Source of the DNA: Novakomyces olei
Taxonomy: Eukaryota
Direction of reading: 5' to 3'
Assembly: GCA_016906335.1 (NCBI GenBank)
Contig: JADEYG010000001.1
Coordinates: 1-64,000, forward strand
Length of the DNA stretch: 64,000 bases
Shown: piece after piece, positions 20,117 through 33,188 of the stretch
How positions within the stretch are numbered: position 1 is the stretch's first letter
Layout: each line of letters begins with the position of its first letter
Program-made: the position numbers and the translations under genes
The notes under the pieces: generated by a model
Told to the model about the DNA's origin: nothing
Seen by the model: only the letters and a program-made list of their open reading frames with translations
The model's database searches: none

Positions 20117-20886
20117 ATGGCAGACCCAGACATCAGGGGAACAGATGGATCACAGCCGCGTAAGCATATGCCATCATTTCTTTTATACCATTACTAATTT
20201 AAAAAGAATTGTCTCAAGACTGGACCCGGCTTGGTCTATGCGCTGGTGCTCTTTTTCTAGATATATTAGACATTACTCTGGCGGGATTATTTAGAGACAA
20301 CGTGCCAGTGATATGCATTCGGAAGGCGGTAGCCTGTGGATTTTCTATTTGCGCAGCACGTTTACTTAGAAACGAACTACCCCCATCAAGGTTGTTCCAA
20401 GTGATTGGGGGCTCTACAATCGTAGGGATGTTCACGGCGGCGATTGGAGCCTACAAGGAACAAGGCGAACTTTTCAATTTGTGGGGATCATCTTTTAACG
20501 CTTCGGTGTATTGGAATCTTGTTTTTCTTCCGTTTACAGGACGGCATACACCTGCTTCTCTATTTATCCTCAAGTTTTTGGAATTTATCGGTGGCTTGCT
20601 CGGTATTATCGGTCTCCTGATCGATAACATGGTTAGAGCGTGTAATACCTTAAAGAACTATTTTGAAGACATAGATACAAGTAACGCAGAGGTCGCTGCT
20701 CAACTTGTTCAGGACGTACCAGTGGATACTAATGATGAGGCTAAAATCAATGCTTCGAGCGCGGCAGAGTCACATGAATTGCAGGAGGTAGCATCAGGAT
20801 CTCCGGCTGAATTCGAGAGTCATTTCTCGTCTGCATCGTCAAGCCCACGTCGTTCCGAAAGAATTGCCGCTTATTCAGAAGAGTAG
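20117..20886 (+). CDS. Orphan multi-pass membrane protein, ~240 aa (exons 20117-20159, 20207-20886)
   Basis: A GTAAGC..ACTAAT..AAG intron joins ATG 20117 in frame to the hydrophobic ORF; acidic/Ser-rich tail. Confidence 0.55.
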
Positions 20887-23303
20887 GGAATTCAGGCCAT
20901 ACAGCGGTTTCATTCAACGCTATTGTGTTTAATGTGTTTTTGTCGTTTTATTTGAGTTCAGAGCCAATAGCATGCTTTTTTTCATTTCTATTAAGAGATG
21001 TTCATCGTCAACAGCATCGATTCCGTTTCGGTTCACGAGACTCGTCGTTCAGCAAATTTAACGGGGGTTTTAGTCATTATTTGGTTTACTAGGAGTTATG
21101 TGGAATTTTTTTTTTTTTTTTTTTTTTTTTGCAGTTCACAATATATATCTATCATTCATACACTCGTTGGCAACCGTAGACGTTCTTCTTATCGTATCGG
21201 CTTTTCAGAGCTAGACTTTACTTCAAACCTACGTACAAACACTCTTCAAGTCGGTGCGTAACCCCAGCTTATCTGTTCAGTATAGCCAGGGCCGTGTATT
21301 ATTCCGATCCTCGCGAACTACCCGTGGAAAACAGTTACCTCGCCTTCAAGAATGGCACTGCTGGGACTTAAAGAAAAAATAAAAAATAAAGGCTGACTCT
21401 ACGCAAGGTCCACGGCTATATAGCTCAACGTCATCCAAGGTAAGTCTAAAGACAAAGCCCTGTGCAGGACTACAATGCGGCACTTGCCATACAGTCGCGA
21501 ATACCGGCAACCATGCAGGGGGCGCTGTCACATGGCAAGCACGTCGGATAAATAGCAACTATCGACCGTCTTAGCTTCTTGGAGGTCGGCTTACTATAGA
21601 TTCGGACAATGAGACTAGAAGAAGCCAGACTTGCGATTCTCTCTTAAGTCCTAGGCCGATTATGAATATTATTGGCAGCTGGGCTTACAATTATGATCAC
21701 AGCTTTCATAACTACAATGAAGCTTCAACAAACAACTGTCGTTGTTGATCGAAGATGTGACAACATCAAATAAAATACTTGGACTTGCTCACATTAGGCT
21801 TTTATGCATGAGTACAGAACGCAAATGGTACAGCAGGAACTCGCTTCTCTAAAAAAGACATCTGTGCCGATTTGGCAGCTGCCCAGCGACGTATGATACG
21901 TTAGGTCACGCAAAACTTCACCGGACACAGTAGCCTCAGGAGACCAGCCAAATTGTTGCAAGTGGAGTTGTGCTTTGTCGCGCATGCAGAGTAACACAAG
22001 CTTTTCTAAGAGCAGATGAGCTGTATAGATAACCAACCCAAGTTCACCATTTATGTTCCCCACCCTTAAGCTGTCAGACACTAAATTCTTATCGCTGCTA
22101 TCTTGCCCTGAAGATGGACTTTGGGGGAGTAATTTACTTGTTATCGTAATATAACAGCGTGGTCGATAGGTTAAATTAAAAGATAATGCAATTTGTTCAT
22201 AAAGCTCTTGCCTTTTTCGAAACGCAATTTGTTTCTAAGACTGTCTTGTCATTTAAATATAGCATATAATAACCATTGTTCATATTTATTTATACCAGAT
22301 CCATAGGGGGTTGGTCAATGGCCGTCTCAAGCCGTCCGTCTTCGATAATGCGAAGCAATGTTGATAAGATTGATAAGGAAACAAGGAATAATAGTTTCGC
22401 AATGTCCCACAAGTGGAACACAATCTAAACAGATTTTGGATTTTGCAATGTTAGACAACATGATTTATTTTCAAAAGCACTGGGAAGCAAAATCTACCTG
22501 GCTATCATGAGACTGTTCAACATTCATACCTTAGCATCCCACTCAAACTCTTATGTGGCCTAGCCAGACTATATATCTAAATAGAGCAGGTAGAAAATAA
22601 TCAACATAGTTCAACAATTATCATACTATAAATTATTATACTATACATTAAATGGTGGCTAGACGCAACAGCTCAAGTCGACCTGTGTTCGCAAGCAACA
22701 CTGCCAGCGCAACCGTATCGGGCTTTGGAGCAGGAAGGCGTCATCGGATGCTTGATGACGGACACACGAAAGCTTAAACGTTGTTTTATTTGTTTTGTAG
22801 ATGGGTTGTACGAATGGTTCTATCTGTTAAAATTCTATTTAAATGCGCATACTTATGCTATAGTTCATGCTTTTCCCTTCTTTCTGTCTTCTCTGTCGCC
22901 TTCTGAACCTTGACTCGGTGAAAACTCGAGCTCCGCAATGCTCCCGCACAATGTGAGGCTGTTCCTCGTCCAGCAGCATCCCAGCCCAATTCTACTGCGC
23001 TCTGCGACATTTCTTTGTTTATCGCGTCGCTCGTACGCGCTTCTATGGCAGTTTATTATATGACTGATTATTATTGTATGACTGAATATTATGGTAGATT
23101 ATTATATGGTACACGAATAATATATGGCATTAATATATAGTATTTATGTATGGTATTAATGTATGGTAGAGTAATGTGTAGCACAATAATGTTTAGCAGA
23201 ATAATGTGTGGTATATTAAAGATAGGAATTCTTTAGATTAGTTAGTTAGCTTTTCTAGTTCGCTGCATTCGTGATTACACCAGACCAATATTACACCACG
23301 AAC

Positions 23304-24488
23304 ATGGCACAAAAAAGGCTCAAAATGGGCGGGCAAGCTGACAGAGCCCGTAAACGAGCAAGCCGATCTCCAGAGATACAAATCGAAACGCAAAATAATG
23401 AGTCTGTTAGCAGTGAACATAACTCGTCTCTAGCTGTCATTTCTTTCAAGCCTGAACCTTTTGACACTGCGATCGATTTGTGGCTTCCATCCGAAACGTC
23501 AGGGTTCGTCTCTGTCGCATCAGACTCAGGTGTGACTATATGTGTAATTCCTTCCGGGTTTATCGAGGCGGTTGAATATGCTGATTGCCGGTATCTACTA
23601 TTTGTTGTTTCATCGATTGTGAAGAACAAAGGGACACTGAAATTGAACGATGTGAAATGTAAACTTTGCGAAAAGTTGCAATATACCCGTTATATTTATC
23701 ACATTAGAGGTATTGTCTTGTAAATATTTTTTTTGTCCTAATTTCCTTAGATGAGCGGGGCATTCAATTGTGCGAAGGCCCGGAGTCCAAAAACCCTGCG
23801 TTGCCTTTCAAACGACCCAATATTGACGAATATTCATCTACTTATAGCAAATCATCGCGGAGCTCCGCTACTCAAGTAAAATCCTATTTGTCCTTAAATC
23901 GGCGTTATTTTTATTCTTGCTGACAAAGCCTGTCCAGAATAAATTTCGAAATACGGTCGGATATAGAGATAGTGGTTGTCTTATATCGGGCCGTCCGATG
24001 TTCTTGGATGGCTGTGAAGCGTGTCATATAATCCCGAAGAGCCGAGGCACTGAAGTAAGGCTTGGCTTCAATACTTTTGACTTTTTGACTTTTTGATGTT
24101 TTTCTTTCTTTCTTTGATGTAATTTGGCAGTTGTCTAATTATGTTTAGCTTCTTAGGCGATTGCTCCCAGAACCTATATCGCTAGTGGCGAACATTGACA
24201 ATATTCAGAATGGACTCATCCTGGAATCCGGGCTGCATAAGCTGTTTGACAAATATAGAATTGGGATATATTGCAGGGTAATAAAAGTAGAGCTTTAATG
24301 GTTTTGCTAATTATAAAAAGGATGGCGATTATGAGGTGCATTGCTTTGAATATCTTCCTCAATATCATGGAAAAAAGCTGAGACTTAACCCTTACTTTCG
24401 TGATTATTGGCCTTGGAGGGAATGCTTAAACTGGCATTACCGGCAATGTGTTATGGCTCGCCTCCGTGCTCATGTGTCTTTCATTTGA
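23304..24488 (+). CDS. HNH endonuclease-domain protein, 314 aa (exons 23304-23709, 23751-23875, 23938-24054, 24149-24277, 24321-24488)
   Basis: Spliced translation gives FRNTVGYRDSGCLISG..EACHIIP..IQNGLILESGLHKLFD..WHYRQCV; all four introns are GT-AG with CTAAT/CTGAC branch sites. Confidence 0.85.
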
Positions 24489-26068
24489 GTTTTGCTCATG
24501 TCTTTTGCTGTTCTCGAAATCTTTCTCGCGATTTTTATTTTAGAACTACCTGCTATAACAGCATCAATTGGCTTGTACTTAGTTCGTAACAAAACAAGCG
24601 GGGACGTCACACCAGGCGTAGAGCTGCAAGTAGCTCCGATCAATGAGCAGGCTCCTTACAAGTGTCGTAGGCTGTGGGAAACGGTTAAAAGTGCTTTGTT
24701 TTCGTGGTTGATGGTGTTGAATGGACAGGACGACGAGTTTTGCAAGAATTGGCTTAGGGCGGAACCCGTCTCCAAGAGCTGTAGGCTCACCCGAGACTGT
24801 TGATAATATTTTGCAAAATTGGATAGATGTCGCAGGTGTTGACGGATTTAACTTGGCCTATGCCACATCGCTTGTTACATTTTAAGACATGATAAAATTC
24901 TTTTCGCGAGAGTTGAGGAAGCGTGGAGTTCTATGGCAAAATTATGATGTTCCAGGTAGTTCAAGAGGGAAAATTATGTCATGGACGACCAGGGGCCACG
25001 TCTTCGACCTAGTCATCTAGGCCGTAAGTATACTTGGGATCAAGACGTTAAAAATAATGAAAGCAACAAGTGACAAAAGGTTGAGAAATTAGTATGCCCG
25101 ACAGGAAATTTTAAGGTCTAGTAAGAATAGGCTCAATTTCCACATTTAGATTGCACTTATAACCCTGAGTTTCGTGAATATAAATGCCAATGTCGCTAAA
25201 GAACTTTTATAACACCAATATGATAATAGGGAAACCTTAGGCTACTTGGGGTTAATTTACACAGTATTATTCTGGGTTCTTAATATATATTTTGACTCAC
25301 ATAATTAAGCCAATCATTAAGTTGAACATTTGCAATAAAAATTATAAATCTGCTCGCTGTACAACTCTCGCAATTAGAGGTTGCGAGGCCACGCGTCTCC
25401 CGACCAGTTAATCTTGGCGATTGAACTTTTGTTGCTTGGAGTAATAAACTTTCAAATGCAAGCCTGTAAAAGATGCTGTCTTGTGAAGAGCCTTATTTTC
25501 GCTAGTGAAACTGCCAAAGCACATGTGAGAGTTTTGCGATCGATGGTTTCTCCTAGGTGACCCCATTTATTTGGGCCGTGAGGTCAGTGTCTATTGTGCA
25601 ATTGATAATTTGAAAAGTCAGCCAGTCGTTTTCAAAGTCGCGACTGGAGATAAAGAGATTCGTCAAGAGGAGAGCTTTCTCGAGGATTTAGCATGTAAAC
25701 CTGGCGTCCCAAGGGTTGTTTCACTGGACCAGAGATAATCGCAGCATGGCTGTTCCCAAGTAGATCAAAGGTTAGAAGATCAAAGGTTCTGTTGAATCGC
25801 TGGCCAATTTCCACATTTATCGTTGTTTGCCATTCACAGACAGGAGACCCTAACTCTTGAACTCAATATAGGTATAATGTGTAGAGATTCTGTAGAGCCT
25901 TTATTTGGCTCGAAATATGTATGACTTAAAATTCTCTTAATGAACTTATCGGCTCCTCTTAAAATTTGTTTATTATGTAATCAATTAGGCGGCTATTTGC
26001 CCTCATATCGAACTAGAAGGCAGTTTCTGTTCTGACTTGACTTTTCCATTTAGATCTAACGCACTGAT

Positions 26069-27582
26069 ATGCGCATAACGACTATTATAAATAATTTGTC
26101 TCAGGGAATAGGCTTCTTCACTGTGCTTAATTCATCGCGCGATGTCAAGCTACTTTTTGCTCAGCGGTTTTTACGACTTTTTGCTTATGGATCGACTTTT
26201 ATAATTCTTGTTCAATTTCTTTCCACTATCGGAAACTCTGATGAGCATGTCGGGCTATTTATGTTACTAACACTGATTGGAGACGCTATTATTAGCTTTT
26301 TCTTAACCCTCATCACAGATCGGGTCGGAAGGCGTAATGTTCTTGCTGCTGGCGCGGTGTTAATGGCGGCAAGCGGTATAATATTCTCTACCAGCAGCAC
26401 TTTCTGGATTCTTTGTTTGGCTAGTGTCTTGGGCGTGATAAGTCCAAGGTTTGTTAATAAGTTTCAGATATTTTTCAATTTGTTTTACTTCATAGTGGTC
26501 CCTATTCTAATTTCTGCAGCGGAAACGAAATTGGTCCTTTCCGCGCTGTTGAAGAGTCAATTCTTTCTCAACTGACCAACGAAAATGACCGAAGTGATAT
26601 CTTTGTGTGGTATTCAATGTGCGGATCTTGCGGAACAGCTCTGGGAACGATTTTTAGCGGCTGGTTCGTGCAGTATGTTTCTAACCTTCCAGACTGGACG
26701 GAGCTTGGAGCTTACCGACTCATTTACGTCCTTTACTGCGTTATGGGGATCGCAAAGCTAGGTTTTACTGTAGCGTTGGGCGAAAGCGTAGAGCTCCAAA
26801 TTGGCAATAATGGGCCTGATTACAATCTTGTTATGGCAATTGAAAATGACGATTTATCGAACCGATTACCAGAGTCTGCATTTTCCGACGATGAAGCACA
26901 AAGCACGGGATTGAAGCCGTATAAAGCACAAAATGGGAAATTTCACGTTGTATACAGGCAGATTTTCTTGACTGTACGACGGAAATTTTTACAATTAGTG
27001 CCTCAAATATCATCAAAATCGATTTCCATTCTTTTCCGTTTGATTTTCTTGTTTGCTCTTGACTCTTTTGCATCGGGTTTAGCTTCACCTTCATGGCTTA
27101 CTCATTTTTTCACCACTTACCATTACGTTTCACCCGCCGGTCTTGGGACGTTATTTTTTACCACAAATATTCTCGCTACACTATCGAACTTTGCTGCGCT
27201 TCCGCTCGCACGTCGATTAGGCCCGCTGAAAACAATGACCTTTACGCACCTGCCCTCGGCAATTTTTCTGGGTTTAGTCCCACTTCCAAATCCGAGTGAT
27301 GGTGGTACATCTCTCGCAATGGCATTTCTGAGCCTTCGTGCATGTACTCAGAGCATGGATCAGGCACCGCGACAGGCTTTTCTTGCGAAAGCCGTACAAC
27401 CACAGGAAAGAACAGCAATTTTGGGGATTGTAAATATTGTGAAGACAATTGCTCAAGCTGGTGGTATTGGATCAGCTGGCACTCTAGCAGCAAGGAATTT
27501 GTGGGGAATTATGTTTGGTGGTGCAGGGCTGTTGAAGGCGACATACGACTTTCTTATTCTCTGGACGTTTTTAAAAGTCTGA
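26069..27582 (+). CDS. MFS transporter (intron 26449-26519)
   Basis: TDRVGRR motif; splicing restores SPSGNEIGPFRAVEES; MDQAPRQAF. Confidence 0.9.
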
Positions 27583-27945
27583 CAGTACTATTCCCTATAT
27601 CAATCTATTATCGTGTTGTATCTAAAAGTGGATTATTCTCGACTAGTAACCAATGAGCACAGTGAAACAAATAAAAGCTAAATATACAAATTGCATAAGA
27701 GCTACTTCAGCACATCAGCTTTTCCCTCCTGTAACCCCTAATTTAGCCTTTGTATTCCTATCTTCTGTCCTTATTACGTCTTCAATAGACACGAAAAACA
27801 ACTTCTTCGAGTACGGAAATGTCTTGATATTACATGACGTAGCTTGCAAAGAGGGTTCGCTGCATGTTCCTGGATAGATCTTAATTAAATAATATCCAAT
27901 CTGCTGACATTTTGTACAAAAGTACAATATAGCTGGTTGGCAAAC

Positions 27946-28956
27946 CTATCCAGCAAACTCATTTTTGACCAGCCCATTTGCGTCCGTTTTAAGTCGAAAC
28001 AAATGCCCGCCTTGATCACCCGGACGACGTTGCAATTTGTCATAGGCAGATACAATATAAAGAACATTATTCTCAGCACCACCCCAAGTTGTACAGGCAA
28101 GATTTCGTGCTGGAAATACAATGCTCCTAACGCGCTTTCCTTGAGGATTGATAACAGCTACATTAGAGCCGTCATACATCGCAATCCATAAATTGCCCTC
28201 AGTGTCAGCTACCATTCCATCTGGCTGATCATCGCTACCTCGAGCGTCGTAAAAAATGCGCTTATTAGCCAAGTTTCCTGTTTCAAGATCAAAATCGTAC
28301 GAATATATGACCTGACTTAACGAGTCATTCAAATACATTGTTTTGTTATCCGGGCTCCAGGCCAGGCCATTACCACAGGCAAGCCCAGTTTCCATTATGA
28401 CACAGCTTTTATTGGCCGGATCGTAACGCCACAAACGGCCGATTAATTCTGGGTGAATAGTTTTGTCAACATTAGCAAGCCCCTTGGCCAAAGCATAAAC
28501 ATCGATCTCAGCCGCCCACATTCGCCCTCTAGCATCTACCCCACCGTCGTTAAAGCGCCGAATATTACGCTCAAATGTGGGGATAATTTCCTTAATTACT
28601 TCCAATTTCCCTGTCATTTCATCCATTAAGGCGATCCCTTGATAGTATAAGCAAACGTATGAATGAGTCTTTTTTTTCCGGAAAAACATGACAGTTACGG
28701 AATCCTCCAAGTCTAGAACGCGTAGACCAGGACGGGATTTATTGACGTTTGTTGTTTTACTCTTACTGATGTCAATGCTTTCATCAGCTGCGTCACTGCC
28801 GTCTTTGTTTAATTGAAGAATATGAAGCTGACAGGGCTGGCTTATACAGTCCAAATAATGAAGAGTCTTGTCTGAGTCTCGATATATAGGGCCCTCGCCC
28901 AGAACCATTGGCCTTTCGCACACATACCACGCATCATCGCCCTGGTCAAGAGTCAT
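27946..28956 (-). CDS. SMP-30/gluconolactonase/regucalcin family protein
   Basis: LGEGP, RFNDG, NGLAWSPD, PDGM..D.EGNLW; ATG start assumed at 28956. Confidence 0.92.
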   Translation of the reverse strand: MTLDQGDDAWYVCERPMVLGEGPIYRDSDKTLHYLDCISQPCQLHILQLNKDGSDAADESIDISKSKTTNVNKSRPGLRVLDLEDSVTVMFFRKKKTHSYVCLYYQGIALMDEMTGKLEVIKEIIPTFERNIRRFNDGGVDARGRMWAAEIDVYALAKGLANVDKTIHPELIGRLWRYDPANKSCVIMETGLACGNGLAWSPDNKTMYLNDSLSQVIYSYDFDLETGNLANKRIFYDARGSDDQPDGMVADTEGNLWIAMYDGSNVAVINPQGKRVRSIVFPARNLACTTWGGAENNVLYIVSAYDKLQRRPGDQGGHLFRLKTDANGLVKNEFAG

Positions 28957-29225
28957 CTCTGATTTGTCCAATGTTTCGAGCAATCGTGGAATGGTGTCCC
29001 AATTTATAATATAGCTTCGACGTATTACTTGATAGTGCTGACTCTCGGCAACAAATATAGTCAATTTGACAGTTCCTTATCAATCAATAGTGGGATTTAT
29101 CCCATACAAACGTGGGCTATGAGCGGAACCCTCTCGAATCCCACAATACAGCGCGAATCAATAAACTTTAACAATTAGAGAAGGGTTTAAGGAAAAAACA
29201 GAGGGAAAGCGCGGGCATACAAATA

Positions 29226-31538
29226 ATGGGCGACCGACTGTACTGCACTTACACCGGCTGTCGTCGATCTTTTCTCCGTCGGGAGCATCTAAATCGCCAC
29301 CTCAAGAATCATGATCCAGCGAATGCATTAAGTTGCTCCATTTGCAACCGACGTTTCGCAAGAGCAGACGTTCTCCGGCGACACGAGACTGTGCATCGTT
29401 CCAGCAGTCATATTGGCAGCAAAAGTGATAAAGCCGCAATTAGAGGAACAGGCCACAATTTTTTATCGCCATTAGAGAGCTCTAAAGAAGAGGAGCGGCC
29501 AACACAAAGCCAAGCCATAAACGCCTCGGATCAAGATCTCTCTAGTCGTCAAGGCGCGTCTAATATTCATTCCAGTCTTCCAGATCTAAGAAACAATATT
29601 GCTGACCTCGGGTCAGCTCCGCGCATCTTTGGAGAGCAAGATGAGTTCAGAAGCAATAGCAACAGGGCATTGTCTTGGTTTGAGCAGCCAGCCGTCTCAT
29701 GGCTGGGAGACTCGACTATTGCTGGTTTGTCTTGCAATGATGATATAAGCTGGCTATTACGAACGGTTGAAGATGAACAATTAAGTTCCCCGCCAAGAGC
29801 TTTACTCGTACATGAGAAAATATCGCCTCCCACTGTTAGTACTCAAACCCTCCATTCTCCAGAACCTTTATCTGAACGCTCATTTGAGCAATGGACACTT
29901 TTATCGGAGTTAATTTTGAAGGCTCTTTATGGACCGTGTCCGGACTCGAAAGAGTTTCCGATCATTGTGGGATTCTCTCCATCGTCGGAAACTGGACCGG
30001 GTCCAAGACCCGATAACAATGCCTTTTTTGAACCGCAAAATCTCTGTCATCATTACGAGCTATACTTTAAAAATTACCATGATCATTTTCCCATTCTGCA
30101 CAAGCCAACATATCTCAAGAGCCCTGAGCGGTTACATCCTCTATTGCTGGTCAGCATTATTACTTTGGGAACATCATTTTCTGACGGGTATTTCAACGTT
30201 TCCGTAGTCATCCATCATCGGCTTCGATGGCTTGTTCTTGGCCATCGGTACCTAACTAGGGCACCACTATGGATTTTGCAAAGCCTTCTTCTTATTGAAG
30301 CGTTCGAAAAAATGCTGGGTCCAAGAGAGCTGCATGAGCTTAGTGCCACGTTTCATGGAGCAGCTGTATCGTTACTCCGGCGTGGCCAGAACACTGTACT
30401 GGAAACTTACAATAGCCAAACGTGTGCAACGAAGAAAAGGAAAAAGGTGAATATTCAATCCAACTGGGAGGTTTGGATCGAATTGGAGTCTACTCGGCGA
30501 TTGGTGTGTTTTGCTTTTATAATGGACGCACAGCATGCTGTTCTTTTCGGCCATAGACCGAGTATGTCGGCAAACGAGATTCAGATAGGCTTGCCCTGTC
30601 CGGACAATGCATGGAATTGTGAGTCTGCTGAAGACTGGTGGCAAACATATGGATGTTCTGGAAATGACCAGGAACCTTTATTTTTGTACTCACTCAAAAG
30701 TCTTCTTCAACAGAGACCTTTAAGCGCCCGGACATCCTTGTTTTCCAGACTTTTACTTTTACATGGGCTATTCAGTATTTCTTGGCAACTCCAAGAACAT
30801 GCCGCAGCCTTTTTTGGGATTAATTTGGAAATTGCTGAAGCCCCTTGGAAACTTAAAATGATCAAGGCAATCGAAACATGGTCATGTGGGCTTTTTACCA
30901 AACAGTCTATCGCACTTGATATTTGCGGTACATTATACCGTCTAGCATACGTCAATCTGCACTTAGATTACACTAATTTGATTGACGTGTTGGTCTATAA
31001 TGGCTATCCCTCTCTCGATGGCCGCGCTTTATGCCGGCGAGATTATCTTCGGGCTCAGGCCAGTGTAAGTGCTTGGGCAAACCGGCCAACCGAAGCCTTA
31101 AATTGTGTTCGAAATGCCCTACTTTTACTTCAAGAGGCTTTATTCTTTACTTCTAATCATGATACAAAAACCGGGAATGCTCCACCTTATTCAGCCGCTT
31201 TAGATAAAGTAGCATTTCGCCCATGGGCAGTTTTTGTTTGCACCCTTGTTTGCATCAGCTATTGCTCAGTTTGGGACGGAGGAAATGAAAAATCGTCTGA
31301 TGAAGATGATTTTCCTATTTCATCGGATAATGCACGTAATATATTTGAAGATTACATTATCCATGCTATACAAAAAATTTCACAATGGCTGGATGTTGGT
31401 CGGCCAAATCCACCTTGTATTGGCGATGCTATATCGCTACGAGCCATGTGTATGGTAGTGCGCGATGCACTATCCGGGACTCGGTGGGAGTTTATAGATC
31501 TGGCTTGCGAATGCCTTAGTCGTCTCGGTTCATTTTAA
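29226..31538 (+). CDS. Transcription factor with two C2H2 fingers plus a fungal-specific TF domain
   Basis: C..C..F.RREHL.RH and C..C..FARADVLRRH; YF..YH..FPILH.PT; LPCPD..W. Confidence 0.92.
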   Translation: MGDRLYCTYTGCRRSFLRREHLNRHLKNHDPANALSCSICNRRFARADVLRRHETVHRSSSHIGSKSDKAAIRGTGHNFLSPLESSKEEERPTQSQAINASDQDLSSRQGASNIHSSLPDLRNNIADLGSAPRIFGEQDEFRSNSNRALSWFEQPAVSWLGDSTIAGLSCNDDISWLLRTVEDEQLSSPPRALLVHEKISPPTVSTQTLHSPEPLSERSFEQWTLLSELILKALYGPCPDSKEFPIIVGFSPSSETGPGPRPDNNAFFEPQNLCHHYELYFKNYHDHFPILHKPTYLKSPERLHPLLLVSIITLGTSFSDGYFNVSVVIHHRLRWLVLGHRYLTRAPLWILQSLLLIEAFEKMLGPRELHELSATFHGAAVSLLRRGQNTVLETYNSQTCATKKRKKVNIQSNWEVWIELESTRRLVCFAFIMDAQHAVLFGHRPSMSANEIQIGLPCPDNAWNCESAEDWWQTYGCSGNDQEPLFLYSLKSLLQQRPLSARTSLFSRLLLLHGLFSISWQLQEHAAAFFGINLEIAEAPWKLKMIKAIETWSCGLFTKQSIALDICGTLYRLAYVNLHLDYTNLIDVLVYNGYPSLDGRALCRRDYLRAQASVSAWANRPTEALNCVRNALLLLQEALFFTSNHDTKTGNAPPYSAALDKVAFRPWAVFVCTLVCISYCSVWDGGNEKSSDEDDFPISSDNARNIFEDYIIHAIQKISQWLDVGRPNPPCIGDAISLRAMCMVVRDALSGTRWEFIDLACECLSRLGSF

Positions 31539-31761
31539 TAATAGAATCAACCATATTCCACAAGGGGTTTGGTTCTCTAATTATCTCCCTTCAAATTTCC
31601 TTGAATTGTAAAGTGTATTATAATATGTTCTATTGTGGGATAACTCTTGATCCTGATTTTTATCTATTTATCTGTGGGATGTCTGACTTGTGATTCTTCT
31701 GCCTCCATTCCAGTAATAAATATCCCACGTTAGGACCCTATATAACAATTCAGCCCTTTTC

Positions 31762-32778
31762 ATGGTTTTCAAGATTAAGATGGCAGCGACACCACCATAT
31801 CCTCTTGCTCCCGAAATTCTTCCTGTTCTCGATAAGGAGTATGAATCTTTTTACAATGAGCATATTATAAACCAGCAACAAGTCCAGCACCAGCCTGTTG
31901 CACTATCTCGTACTTCAGGTACACTAATTCCCGGCGCGTCGGAACCATTGCCCGTTGCAACTGTAAAGGATTTCGAAATCCAACATAACGATAAGGGTGG
32001 TGCCAGATTCAAAATTCGTGTATTCAGCCCACTTGGAGAGGCTCCCCCGGAAGGCTGGCCAATATTTTTATATATGCACGGAGGAGGATGGGTTCTGGGA
32101 AACATAAACACGGAAAATGTTCATTGCACCTACTGGTGCAATAGAGCGCATTGCATTGTAGTCTCCGTGGACTATCGCTTGGCTCCTGAAAATCCATTTC
32201 CAGCCGCAGTTGAAGATACATGGGAGGCATACAAGTGGGTTCTAGATAATGCAAAAGCATTGGGCGGAAACAGCAAAAAGATCGCAGCTGGTGGGAGCTC
32301 AGCGGGTGGGAATCTCACGGCGGTGCTGACGCAGATGGCTGTAGAAAAAGATCTTGGCAAAATCTTATTCCAAGTTCTTATTGTGCCTGTTACTGACAAT
32401 ACTGCGGATGAGCGATATGATAGCTGGAAGCGTTACGGAAATCAAACCCCAGCTCTTCCGTCAGAAAAAATGTTATGGTTCCGTAAGCACTACTTGCCAG
32501 ATGAAAAGACGTGGAAAGATGCGAGAGCTTCGCCAATATTTGGCGATAACGAAATAATTAAACATTGTCCACCGGCAGCATTTTTCTTGGCTGGACTGGA
32601 TGTTTTACGTTCTGAAGGTGAAGCGTACGCAGAAAAATTGCGGTCCCTTAACGTTCCCGTCACTTTAAAGATATATCCTGGAGTACCTCACGTTGTAATG
32701 GCTATGAACGGGGTTCTTACTCAAGGACAGAAACTAGTAGACGATGTTTGTGTTGCGCTTGCGGGGGCTTTTAAATAG
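31762..32778 (+). CDS. Hormone-sensitive-lipase family alpha/beta hydrolase (esterase)
   Basis: HGGGW, VDYRLAPE, GSSAGG, D.LRSEG..Y, GVPH. Confidence 0.93.
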   Translation: MVFKIKMAATPPYPLAPEILPVLDKEYESFYNEHIINQQQVQHQPVALSRTSGTLIPGASEPLPVATVKDFEIQHNDKGGARFKIRVFSPLGEAPPEGWPIFLYMHGGGWVLGNINTENVHCTYWCNRAHCIVVSVDYRLAPENPFPAAVEDTWEAYKWVLDNAKALGGNSKKIAAGGSSAGGNLTAVLTQMAVEKDLGKILFQVLIVPVTDNTADERYDSWKRYGNQTPALPSEKMLWFRKHYLPDEKTWKDARASPIFGDNEIIKHCPPAAFFLAGLDVLRSEGEAYAEKLRSLNVPVTLKIYPGVPHVVMAMNGVLTQGQKLVDDVCVALAGAFK

Positions 32779-33188
32779 AATAGCTTTATCTAAATAGTAC
32801 AATTGGTAATTCAATATTTTTGTAATAAAACTTTTGTTCAATAGTGGTGGTTTACTGTTGTAATAAATTGTGATTAGTTCCTCCCTCCAACCGTGTCGTA
32901 GTTGCCGCCTACTAGTCGTGCGAAGCGCCGAAAGGCTTATCGATGCAATTACTAATACAAAAACAAGCATTGTCTTATCCTCCTACACGTCGAGCTGTCA
33001 ATTGCTTAGAATTCTGGGTGGAGATAAGAAAGTGGCATGCGCTGAGTGGGATGATGACAGGCGAGAGAATCCCACACAAAGAATCCCACAAGAAGATAAA
33101 GATAATATGACATTAGCAAGGTTATAAATCAACCGAGAGAAAATGTCAAATTGGAATTTATTTTTCTTCTCTGACTAAAATCTAAAAC

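Noticed and set aside
19954-20163. 69-aa ORF as first exon of the membrane protein
   Set aside because: The splice phase does not fit; ATG 20117 in another frame does.
21300-23050. Possible gene or transposon relic
   Set aside because: Only short ORFs with no recognisable motif or termini.
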